Assembly: GCA_002269645.1 (NCBI GenBank)
Contig: NIVC01000949.1
Coordinates: 62,001-126,000, forward strand
From: Macrostomum lignano
Taxonomy: Eukaryota
DNA length: 64,000 nucleotides
Direction of reading: 5' to 3'
Shown here: piece by piece, positions 26,860 through 64,000 of the stretch
How positions within the stretch are numbered: position 1 is the first letter of the stretch
Layout: each line of letters opens with the position of its first letter
The notes under the pieces: generated by a model
The model's database searches: none
The model's input: only the letters and a program-made list of their open reading frames with translations
What the model was told of the DNA's origin: nothing
Translations under genes and position numbers: made by a program

Positions 26860-27167
26860 TGGGTTGCAGCCTAGTGGTTAGAGCGTCGGACCTACAACTG
26901 GAAGGTCGGGGGTTCGATTCTTGACCCACTCGGAACAATTTGTGTCCTTGAGCAAGACACTTAACTCTGCATTGCTTCAGTTCACCCAGCTGTAAAATGG
27001 GTGCCAGCATTAGCTGGGGTAATTGAGGGTGTGTGTGGCGACCCCCAGTCCTTGGACTGAACAGCCGTACGCAGCCTTCAGATGCGCCGCGCAATAGCTG
27101 CGGCTGAGCTGTCGGTTGCACATACCCATTGGGGCGCCAGGTGTAATCAATTATTATTATTATATTA
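26860..27167 (+). mobile_element. tRNA-derived SINE, full-length copy 3, with 16-bp TSD
   Basis: A box (CAGCCTAGTGG), B box (GGTTCGATTCT), central CORE-like domain and (ATT)n tail. TSD TTAAGTCACTGGAAGC at 26796-26811 and 27168-27183. Confidence 0.9.
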
Positions 27168-27353
27168 TTAAGTCACTGGAAGCACTCAACGCCGCGTTGA
27201 CCTACAGTCTGCAATTACTAGTTTTGTTAGTATCTGTGGATTAGGGTTAGGGTTTAGGTTAGGTTTAGGGCCAAGGTTGGCTACCAATTGTTGTCAACCA
27301 AATAAGGCACATTGACATTCCCTGCTTGCAATAATTCCTGTCTCAATTAAAAG

Positions 27354-29609
27354 CTTCATCATCAGCTGCCGGCTTCGACATTGAAGTCGCAGCCGATGCA
27401 GGCGCAGAAATTCCAGTTCGCCTACTGGATGACCTGTGCAGCCGGTTCATTGTTAACCTGCCCAGTCACTACTTCACTAATGCTGTGAAACTGTTCTACG
27501 AGATTGAGCACGCCTATTGGTTCTATTTGGACAATCTGGTTGCTGAGCACAGTCTGAAGCCGATGAATATGTATCGATTCTCTGCTCTGGTGTTCCAGCA
27601 CTGCAGCAAATTGGCCAGCTACACTTACACCTGGCAGGCTCATTATGACGAATGGCGCAAGACCAAAGCTGAGACGCCAACCTGCGGCGCCGCCTTGATG
27701 AACTCAGATTTGGATCAGGTGCGATTTTTTTGTTTAGAAATATAATGGACTGTATTTTAGTAAATATCGCCTCTGAATTATATCCCGTTAGAAATGCATT
27801 GAAAAAATCACTCCTGATGTCTGCCTCATTAGAAATCGCCCTGAACTCTCCGCCTCATTAGAAATCGCCTCTGAACTCTCAACCTCATTAGAAATCGCCC
27901 CTGAACTCTCCACCTCATTAGAAATCGCCCCTTAACTCCCTGTCTCATTAGAAATCGCCCCTGAACTCTCCACCTCATTAGAAATCGCCCCTGAACTCTC
28001 CACCTCATTAGAAATCGCCCCTGAACTCTCCACCTCATTAGAAATCGCCCCTGAACTCTCCACCTCATTAGAAATCGCCCCTGAACTCTCCACCTCATTA
28101 AAAATCGCCCCTGAACTCCCTGTCTCATTATAAATCGCCCCTGAACTCTTTGCCTCATTAGAAATCGCCTCTGAATTCTTCACCTCATTAGAAATCGCCC
28201 CTGAACTTCCTGTCTCATTAGAAATCGCCCTGAACTCTCCACCTCTAGAAATCGCCCTGAACTCTCCACCTCTAGAAATCGCCCTGAACTCTCCACCTCT
28301 AGAAATCGCCCTGAACTCTCCACCTCTAGAAATCTCCCCTGAACTCTTTGCCTCATTAGAAATCGCCCTGAGCTCTCCACCTCTAGAAATCGCCCCTGAA
28401 CTCTTTGCCTCATTAGAAATCGCCCTGAGCTCTCCACGTCTAGAAATCGCACCAACTGCAATCTGAGCCGCACCCCTCTCCCCCCAGGTGGTGCTTGTCA
28501 AAGGCTTCACGCCCGGCTGGATGTTCCCGCGCGGCAAAATCAACGATCGCGAGGCTAAAGCAAAATTCTATCCCCAGGCCGCTGCCAGAGAAGTTCTGGA
28601 GGAGACCGGGTTTGACATTGGGCCGATACTGGACCCCGAGCTCTACATTGAACGGGTGGTGGGCTCGGCTCTGTCTAGGCTCTACTTAGTACCCGACGTG
28701 CCAATGGATTTCAAATTCAAACCGGAAACTCGAAACGAGATCGAAGCGATTCTGTGGTTCCGGCTGTCCGACCTGCCAACCAGCCGATCGGACGAGGACT
28801 GCGCCAGGCGGATCGCTTTAAAGTCGAAAGATTTCTTTCTAGTGATACCGTTTGTGTCTCAGCTGCGCCGTTGGGCCGCGCTGGTCCGTCAGGGCGGCTT
28901 AAGCCGGGTTGCGGCTCTGAGGAAGTCTGAGAATTCGTCTGTGCAGCAGCAGCAGCAGCCGCCTCCGCTGATGCTTCAAGCTTCTGCAGCTGCCCAGCAA
29001 CATCAGAAGCGATCTCAACAGCAGCGCAAGAATTCTAGATCTTCAGCTGCCGCTGCTGGCTCTGGCGATGCCGCGGCCGCTCCGTTGCCTGTCAATAATA
29101 CTACTACTACAACTACTACTAACAGTAGTAATAATAATAATAATAAAGAAAATGGCGGGGGAGGCAGGCGCGGTGGAAAACAGAAACGTGGTGGTGGCGG
29201 TGGCGGCGGAGGTCGCGGCCGAACGCCTTCAACTTCCGCCGCTGCTGTTGCTGCAGATTCAGCCGCATCATCCAACGCTGCGGCAGCCACAGCCGCATCT
29301 CTGGGCCTGTCCCATCCAGTTGTCAAGTCTCCGTCGGGCATTCTAACCGTCCCTGATGCCGATTCTATGAGTTTTCAAGAGTTGAACACGCTGGCTTTAG
29401 AGGCCGCTAGACTGGGACTGCCATTGCAAATCTATCAGGATTATGAGCCCAGTCCCAATCGAAGCAATGGTCGAAGTAATGGGCAGCAGCCGCAACAACA
29501 GCAGCAGCAGCAACAGCCACAGCAGCAAGCTGTGTCGCGTTTCAGTTCGTCTGCCTGGTCGAATTTCCGACTGGATATGGGCGCCCTGCATCGCACGCTG
29601 CCGACTTAG
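27354..29609 (+). CDS. DCP2: mRNA-decapping enzyme DCP2 (Box A + Nudix), 5' end not located
   Basis: Exons 27354-27718 (EIPVRLLDDLCSRFIVNLP..FYEIEHAYWFYLD..TPTCGAALMNSDLDQ) and 28488-29609 (VVLVKGF..WMFPRGK..AAREVLEETG..PETRNEIEAILWF, then a low-complexity tail). An in-frame stop lies upstream with no ATG, so a further upstream exon is required. Confidence 0.92.
27760..28452. repeat. 27-30-bp minisatellite (CCTCATTAGAAATCGCCCCTGAACTCTCCA), DCP2 intron
   Basis: Directly visible; fills nearly the whole intron. Confidence 0.95.
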
Positions 29610-29789
29610 GGCTAAATTGTTCTGGATGGATGGATGATCGATGGAAATGCTATGACAAATACTGATTGATTGAATGACAGCTGGAAGATTGGGATAATTG
29701 GTCCTTATAGAATCGCGGAATAGAGGAATGGGGATTAAGGATCCCCCGAGAGCATGACCGTGTTATTTAGAATCAAGATCCCTCCCTAT

Positions 29790-30712
29790 AAGAAATCGAA
29801 TAGGGAACCATGGGATAGAGATCCCTATAGGAACTCGCATAGGGAACCAGGGGATAGAGATCCCTATAGAAACTCGAATAGGGAACCTTCGCATAAAGAT
29901 CCCTATAGGAACTCGAATGGGAAACCAGGGATAAAGATCCCTTTGGAAACTCGAATGGGGAACCAGAGGATAAAGATCTCTATTATTGAGAACTCGAATG
30001 GGAAACAAGGGGATAAAGATCCCTATTATTGAGAACTAGAATTAGAAACCAGGGGATAAAGATCCCTATTATTGAGAACTCGAATGGGAAACAAGGGGAT
30101 AAAGATCCCTATTATTGAGAACTCGAATTAGAAACCAGGGGATAAAGATCCCTTTAGGAAATCGAATGGGATAAAGATCCTATTATTGAGAACTCGAATT
30201 AGAAACCAGGGGATAAAGATCCCTTTAGGAAATCGAATGGGATAAAGATCCCTATAGAAACTCGAATGGGAAACAAGGGGATAAAGATCCTTATAGAAAC
30301 TCGAATATGGAACCATGGGATAAAGATCCCTATAGAAACTCGACTGGGAAACCAGGGGATAAAGATCCCTATTTTTGAGACCTCGAATAGGGTTTAGGGG
30401 ATTAATATCCCTATAACTGAGAACTCGAATGGGATTTAGGGGATAAAGATCCCTATGATTGAGAAATCGAATGGGGTTTAGGGAATAAAGACCCCTATGA
30501 TTGAGAACTCGAATGCGGTTTAGGGAATAAAGACCTTTATGATTGAAAACTCGAATAGGGTTAAGGGAATAAAGACCCCTATGATTGAGAACTCGAATGC
30601 GGTTTAGGGAATAAAGACCTTTATGATTGAGAACTCGAATAGGGTTAAGGGAATAAAGACCCCTATGATTGAGAACTCGAATGCGGTTTAGGGAAAAAAG
30701 ACCCCTATGATA
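29790..30712. repeat. About 36-39-bp minisatellite (GGGATAAAGATCCCTATAGAAACTCGAATGGGAAACCAG)
   Basis: Directly visible; each unit contains a small GGGAT..ATCCC inverted repeat. Confidence 0.93.
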
Positions 30713-31169
30713 TAAAGCAAGAACAATTGCTGATAATTATTTGTGTTGCTACATAGTCCTGTACAATTGAACAAAGATCATCGAGTACAAATTCCGTGTA
30801 AAGCTCTAATGATTTATGATCGATAAAACCAGGTGAATTTCTATCCTAGTAAACCTTCGTTTTAATTATTTTTGTTTTAATTAAGTTCTCTGTTGCTAAA
30901 ACAAAACATTTAATTAATTTCGTCTTTGATTAAATAGGACTGAACTTATATTTTTGTGTTGTTTTACTGATTTTTTAAAGTTACTCTCGCTAGGTTGGTT
31001 GAAGGAACCAGCTATGCATTCTCATTATTATATATGCACGTATGCTCGTATATTCTGAACTGCCCTGTTGTCATGTCATCCTGTTACTGATTTTTGTTTC
31101 CTAATAACTGTTGTTTTTGTACTCTGTTGACGCGAAATTCATTGTTACGCCATCTCTCATTTGTCACTT

Positions 31170-31550
31170 TAACCCTGTACCCAGTTGTCACTCCACACTG
31201 TCACTCTCTCCCTGTATCCCATTGTCACTGCAGTCTGTCACTCTCGCTCTGTACCCAGTTGTCACTCAACACTGTCACTCTCTCCCTGTATCTCATTGTC
31301 ACTCCAGCCTGTCACTCTCTCCCTGCATCCATTGTCACTCCAGCCTGTCACTCTCGCTCTGTACCCAGTTGTCACTCCAGACTGTCACTCTCTCCCTGCA
31401 TCCATTGTCACTCCAGCCTGTCACTCTCATCCTGAATCCATTGTCACTCCAGCCTGTCACTCTCGCTCTGTACCCAGTTGTCACTCCAGACTGTCACTCT
31501 CTCCCTGCATCCATTGTCACTCCAGCCTGTCACTCTCATCCTGAATCTGA
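31170..31550. repeat. Complex CTGTCACTC-based tandem repeat
   Basis: Directly visible. Confidence 0.9.
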
Positions 31551-32149
31551 TAACTATCTGTCACTTTCTCTTCCTGCTTCTCAGTTTTGCTCAATTTCTA
31601 TCGCTTCTAGTCTAAGCTGTTAACAATGTTATTTTATCATGCGCATGCGCTTACAGCCTACTGCTAGTAGCATCTCCGCACACGCTCAGCAACCTAATTA
31701 AATTCTCGCTTTCATTATTTCGTGCAGCTTAACTTTATTGTTGCTTCAAAAGGTTTGCTACAGTCTACAGTTGAAGTTCAATCAATTCGCTTACAAATGA
31801 AGTTCGATTTTATGTAAGCGCAATTCTAATTTGTAAGTTTAATATTCCAGTGATTCCAAGTTTCAGTGACCTAACATATTCTCTTAAAAACGAAGGTGAA
31901 ACTTGATGTCTCCTGTAAACTTTCCATTATATCAAAAAGCGTATATTTTTATATGCTCATTCTTTGTTTCTCTGTACTTTTTATGTCTGCGTCAGTTCAA
32001 AATATAATGCGAAATTGGGCCAAATCAAAGTTTGAATTTTTTTTTCATAGTTGCCGCAAAAATAACCTTATATGTTGTGCCATTTGAAAGCATAAATTGA
32101 ACCTGACATTTCAATGAGAATTTCTCTGAACAGTCTTTAAAGATTCCCT

Positions 32150-32860
32150 AGGAATAATCCTGAAGATGTCATGAGAATAGTCCTGAAGATGCCATGAGAA
32201 TAGCCTTGAAGTTGCCATGAGAAGAGCCCTGTAGATGCCATGAGAATAGCCCTATAGATGCCATGAGAATAGCCCTGAAATTGTAATGAGAATAGCCCTG
32301 AAGATGCCATGAGAATAGCCCTGAAATTGTAATGAGAATAGCCCTGAAGATGCCATGAGAATAGCCCTGAAATTGTAATGAGAATAGCCCTGAAGATGCC
32401 ATGAGAATAGCCCTGAAATTGTAATGAGAATAGCCCTGAAGATGCCATGAGAATAGCCCTGAAATTGTAATGAGAATAGCCCTGAAGTTGTCATGAGAAT
32501 AGCCCTGAAATTGTAATGAGAATAGCCCTGAAGATGCCATGAGAATAGCCCTGAAATTGTAATGAGAATAGCCCTAAAGTTGTCATGAGAATAGCCCTGA
32601 AATTGTAATGAGAATAGCCCTGAAGTTGTCATGAGAATAGCCCTGAAATTGTAATGAGAATAGCCCTGAAGTTGTCATGAGAATAGCCCTGAAGTTGTCA
32701 TGAGAATAGCCCTGTAGATGCCATGAGAATAGCCCTGTAGATACCATGAAAATAGTCCTGAATATGTCATGAGAATAATCCTGAATATGTCATGAGAATA
32801 ATCCTGAATATGTCATGAAAATTATCCTGAATATGTCATGAGAATAGCCCTGTAGATGTC
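32150..32860. repeat. 23-bp minisatellite (GAGAATAGCCCTGAAGATGCCAT)
   Basis: Directly visible; two alternating variants. Confidence 0.95.
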
Positions 32861-33216
32861 AGAGAAGAGTCGGGAAGATTCTATGAGAACAGGTCCAAAG
32901 ATTCCCTAAAAAATGCCCTGAGCAATCCAAGAGTATTTACCTGAAGTTCCTATGAAAATGTCCTAATGATAGCCCTGTAGATTTCCTGTCTCCTCTATGC
33001 ACAAGTTTTGCATAGCCATAGGAAGGTTCAATTATTGAACTTTGCGTAAAAATCCTTTTAATACATGCTAGTATTCTTATAAATATTTAAATATTGCACT
33101 GTTTCCGTTCATGTCAATTATCAAGCTCAGTTTAGCTTATTTTCGTTGCGGATATCGTGTGCGCACACTATTTGGCATTCAGCTCAGCAGGAACACGAAA
33201 ACACTCCTGACAGACC

Positions 33217-58840
<25,624 letters not shown>

Positions 58841-59144
58841 CTGTTTGTTTGAATGCTGCTGTTTCTTGGTAACCCTTTGAAAATCTTGTGCAAGTATCTT
58901 TGTCCTGTTCTGCTTGCGGTCATCATGTATGTCACTGACTGGAATTTCATGTTTTAAAAGGCCTCTGTAATTGTGTTCAGTTTTTTCTCTGTGCGTATTT
59001 TGTAAATATATAAACAGGGCATAGACAGACTCATTCAGTCACTGCCACGCATCAGCTTCTCTGTTCGGGAGCGCGCTGGGCTGGGCGAATAAATTATAGC
59101 TGGTATTTACTGTTATTTATTCTGCTTGTTTACCTGTATCAGCT

Positions 59145-59148
59145 CTTG

Positions 59149-59217
<69 letters not shown>

Positions 59218-59258
59218 GCCTGTCTGTCTGTCTGTCTGTCTGTCTGTCTGCCTGTCTC

Positions 59259-59345
<87 letters not shown>

Positions 59346-59348
59346 TTG

Positions 59349-59413
<65 letters not shown>

Positions 59414-59416
59414 TTG

Positions 59417-59461
<45 letters not shown>

Positions 59462-59585
59462 GTCTGTCTGTCTGTCTGTCTGTCTGCCTGCATGTCTGTC
59501 CGTCTGTCTGTCTCTGTCTTAGTGTCTGTCTTAGTGTCTGTCTGTCTGTCTGTCTGTCTGCCTGCCTGTCTGTCCGTCTGTCTGT
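59145..59585. repeat. (TGTC)n microsatellite
   Basis: Directly visible. Confidence 0.97.
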
Positions 59586-60114
59586 CCACATGCACTGTCC
59601 GCCCCCTTATTAGCCGGTCAGCAGCCACCCGCACCAGTCAGTGAATTCCATCTGCACCACTTTCTGCTTTCACCGGACCCCCCGGCCCCGCCCTCCTCAG
59701 CCGGGTTTCGCGCCACCCAGCCTTGGTAAGCAGGGAGCAGCCAGCCGCTCGTCCAGCAATCGGGTCGGCTGGGCCCTCCATTCGGACTGAGGGCCGCCGC
59801 TTGCCGCTTCTTTTTCGAACGCGAGAGTTGGCGGCAGGTGGTCCTGCAGGATGAGAATTGTGCGCCGGCCGGGGTTCGGCATTCGAGTTGGGTTATTTTA
59901 TTTTCTCTTTTGAGTCGCTGCGGCGGATAGGAGAAAGTGGCTGCTGCCCCGGCTGGGGAAGTGTTTTATGACGAGGCGATATTCGACTCGCGCGATTTTC
60001 ATAGCGGCATTGATCTGGGTTGGAAATGATTTCGTATTGTGCACTGGAAAATGACTCTGTTAATGGCTGCGCGGCTGCTTTCTCCTGGTGTAGTTCAGAC
60101 TGTCACTAGTGGCT

Positions 60115-60138
60115 ATATAGATAGAGACAGATAGATAA

Positions 60139-60175
<37 letters not shown>

Positions 60176-60184
60176 GACAGATAG

Positions 60185-60259
<75 letters not shown>

Positions 60260-60262
60260 GAC

Positions 60263-60360
<98 letters not shown>
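60115..60360. repeat. (GATA)n microsatellite
   Basis: Directly visible. Confidence 0.97.
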
Positions 60361-61477
60361 GCCGATAGATAGCAGCTTATTTCGAACGATTTCAAATTTG
60401 AGCCGCTAAAAGGCCGGGACTCGAGCCGACCTCGTGTGAGGACGGCGTCCGCGGACCCTGCTCAGAAATGGAACCCCCCTAAGCCTTCTTAGACCGCCTG
60501 ACTGTGCAGCTGAGGCTCCGCCTTCCCGTCTCCCTCCCAAAGGAGGAGACCGCCCGAATCGCAACCGGAGTCGCCGCCGCCTCAGTTTCGCCTCCCTCCT
60601 CTTAGCCGTTCTCAGCGTCCCCACCCGAGTGAGAACTGGGAACCCTACACCGCCAGGTTTATCCCCATCGGCTCCTCTCGACCGTGCGCCCCGATTCGAA
60701 ACTGCACGGGGCTCAGAATCCCCCGAGTCGCCTGCTTCTGTCCTGGGAATCTTTTCGACCTGAAAATCTGTTGCTTGCGTGAGAAAATTAGGAATGCCTT
60801 CTCAGAATCATAACCGGTAACCTCTCCCTGAGCGTTCCAAGTAATCCGGCCTGCTCATTGTCTCTGGGATGCGGCAGTTGGATGCTGCTGAGACTGTGAC
60901 ATTGGGACACTGGGTGGCTGATGAGCACTGCTTATTTGCCCGCTCGAGTCTTCAGAGGCGCGGGGGGGGGTTGTTTCGGTGAATTACTCCGCGTCTGAGA
61001 ACTCTCGGAGCCGTGGGGGGTGGAGGGTCCGCACCTTAATTAAGGGATCCCCGATTCCGCATAGCAGACATTATCCCCAGGGAAAGTTGTGGGGGGGGGG
61101 GTTGAGGAGGCCGGCTGCAGGTGCTAAAGTATTCATGCGGACAGCGTAATAACAGGTGGCCACCCCCCCCCCCTGACCCCCACAATGCAGCCCTCTGCCC
61201 GACCCGCAGCCCCTTGAGGCCTGATACTCCTAATTAGTCTTCGAGCGCGAGTGAGCTTTACGCCCCTCTCGCTCTGCTCAGCCCAGCTCTCTCGCTCTGT
61301 TATTCTCCATCATCAGCACCAGCGTCTGCTCCTGTGAAATCAGAGAAATGGAGAAAATTAAAAAAACACTCCCTATAATATTAACAATCATGCTCATTTG
61401 AGTGAGACCAGTTCACCGAGGATGAATGAATTAAACAAAATCAATCAACTGAGCACTTCATCGCCGATTTTTATATT

Positions 61478-64000
61478 TCCCAATCTTAATATCCCCAATC
61501 TTCATATCCCCAATCTTCATATCCTCCAATCTTTATATCCCCAATCTTCATATCCTCCAATCTTCATATCCTCCAATCTTTATATCCCCAATCTTCATAT
61601 CCCCAATCTTCATATCCTCCAATCTTTATATCCCCAATCTTTATATCCTCCAATCTTCATATCCCCAATCTTCATATCCCCAATCTTCATATCCTCCAAT
61701 CTTCATATCCCCAATCTTTATATCCTCCAATCTTAATATTCCCAATCTTCATATCCCCAATCTTCATATCCTCCAATCTTCATATCCCCAATCTTTATAT
61801 CCTCCAATCTTCATATCCCCAATCTTCATATCCCCAATCTTCATATCCTCCAATCTTCATATCCCCAATCTTCATATCCCCAATCTTCATATCCTCCAAT
61901 CTTCATATCCCCAATCTTTATATCCTCCAATCTTCATATCCCCAATCTTCATATCCCCAATCTTCATATCCTCCAATCTTCATATCCCCAATCTTCATAT
62001 CCTCCAATCTTCATATCCCCAATCTTCATATCCCCAATCTTCATATCCTCCAATCTTCATATCCCCAATCTTCATATCGCAATCTTCATAACCCCAATCT
62101 TTATATCCCCAATCTTTATATCCCCAATCTTCATATCCCCAGTCTCCATCTTCCCCAATCTTCATATCCCCAATCTCCATTTCCCCAATCTTCATATCCC
62201 CAGTCTCCATCTTCCCCAATCTTCATATCCCCAATCTTCATCTTCCCAATCTCTATCTTCCCCAATCTTCATCTTCCCCAATCTTCATATCCCCAATCTT
62301 CATCTTCCCCAATCTTCATCTTTCCCAATCTTCATCTTCCCCAATCTTCATATCCCCAATCTTCATCTTCCCAATCTCTATCTTCCCCAATCTTCATATC
62401 CCCAATCTTCATATCCCCAATCTCCATCTTCCCCAATCTTCATATCCTCAATCTCCATATCCCCAATCTCCATATCCCCAATCTTCATCTTCCCAATCTT
62501 CATCTTCCCCAATCTTCATATCCCCAATCTTCATCTTCCCCAATCTTCATATCCCCAATCTTCATCTTCCCCAATCTTCATCTTCCCCAATCTCTATCTT
62601 CCCCAATCTTCATATCCCCAATCTCCATCTTCCCCAATCTTCATATCCCCAATCTCCATATCCCCAATCTCCATATCCCCAATCTTCATATCCCCAATCT
62701 TCATCTTCCCCAATCTCCATATCCCCAATCTTCATCTTCCCCAATCTCCATATCCCCAATCTTCATCTTCCCCAATCTTTATATCCCCAATCTCCATATC
62801 CCCAATCTCCATCTTCCCCAATCTTCATCTTCCCCAATCTCCATATCCCCAATCTCCATCTTCCCCAATCTTCATATCCCCAATCTTCATATCCTCAATG
62901 TGCATATCCCCAATCTCCGTTTCCCCAATCTTCATATCCCCAATCTCCATATCCCCAATCTCCATATCCCCAATCTTCATATCCCCAATCTTCATATCCT
63001 CAATGTGCATATCCCCAATCTCCATCTTCCCCAATCTTCATATCCCCAATCTTCATATCCTCAATGTGCATATCCCCAATCTCCATCTTCCCCAATCTCC
63101 ATATCCCCAATCTCCATATCCCCAATCTCCATATCCCCAATCTCCATATCCCCAATCTCCATATCCCCAATCTCCATATCCCCAATCTTCATCTTCCCCA
63201 ATCTTCATATCCCCAATCTCCATCTTCCCCAATCTCCATATCCCCAATCTCCATATCCCCAATCTTCATATCCCCAATCTTCATATCCTCAATGTGCATA
63301 TCCCCAATCTCCATATCCCCAATCTCCATCTTCCCTAATCTTCATATCCCCAATCTCCATCTTCCCCAATCTTCATATCCCCAATCTCCATCTTCCCCAA
63401 TCTTCATCTTCCCCAATCTTCATATCCCCAATCTTCATTTTCCCCAATCTTCATATCCCCAATCTCCATCTTCCCCAATCTTCATCTTCCCCAATCTTCA
63501 TATCCCCAATCTCCATCTTCCCCAATCTTCATATCCCCAATCTCCATATCCCCAATCTCCATATCCCCAATCTTCATATCCCCAATCTCCATATCCCCAA
63601 TCTCCATATCCCCAATCTTCATATCCCCAATCTTCATATCCTCAATGTGCATATCCCCAATCTCCATCTTCCCCAATCTTCATATCCCCAATCTTCATAT
63701 CCTCAATGTGCATATCCCCAATCTCCATCTTCCCCAATCTCCATATCCCCAATCTCCATATCCCCAATCTCCATATCCCCAATCTCCATATCCCCAATCT
63801 CCATATCCCCAATCTCCATATCCCCAATCTTCATCTTCCCCAATCTTCATATCCCCAATCTCCATCTTCCCCAATCTCCATATCCCCAATCTCCATATCC
63901 CCAATCTTCATATCCCCAATCTTCATATCCTCAATGTGCATATCCCCAATCTCCATATCCCCAATCTCCATCTTCCCTAATCTTCATATCCCCAATCTCC
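61478..64000. repeat. 15-bp satellite (ATCCCCAATCTTCAT), runs off the window end
   Basis: Directly visible; variants change along the array, with a 642-bp higher-order duplication. Confidence 0.97.

Noticed and set aside
26860-26940. tRNA gene (also at 1810-1890 and 14330-14406)
   Set aside because: The A and B boxes are followed by a shared SINE body and tail, and there is no complete cloverleaf acceptor stem.
27241-27270. TTAGGG-like run as a telomere or fusion scar
   Set aside because: Only about 5 degenerate units, which is common low-complexity sequence.

Overview
Eukaryotic genomic DNA: GC-rich spliced exons, introns filled with micro- and minisatellites, and AT-rich transposon debris. 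The style suggests an invertebrate, plausibly a Macrostomum-type flatworm (inference, not verified). All gene models are on the + strand unless stated, and were built by hand from GT-AG sites with phase checks. They are: a 5'-partial, highly divergent annexin-like gene (1-3159); importin-alpha of the KPNA2 type (14577-18751, 4 exons); the decapping enzyme DCP2 (27354-29609, start codon not located); and the SR-related splicing factor CLASRP (33217-58840, 13 exons, possibly 14). An AT-rich RPA70-like OB-fold gene fragment lies on the - strand (6593-7203). Mobile DNA includes a 3.1-kb hAT element with TIRs, an 8-bp TSD and a broken transposase, a MULE remnant, several MITEs, three copies of a tRNA-derived SINE, and two or three LTR-like elements. 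The most unusual observation is that these LTR-like elements end in short tandem arrays of [LTR end + tRNA-Leu-like primer-binding site] units spaced 52-54 bp apart. One copy also carries a hammerhead-ribozyme-like core. Other notable points are CpG-decay signatures in TE copies and about 25 perfect 5' splice-site consensus sequences in a CLASRP intron. Most long ORFs in the supplied track are repeat artefacts. There are no rRNA genes, true tRNA genes or CRISPR arrays. Product calls rest on recalled family sequences, not database searches.
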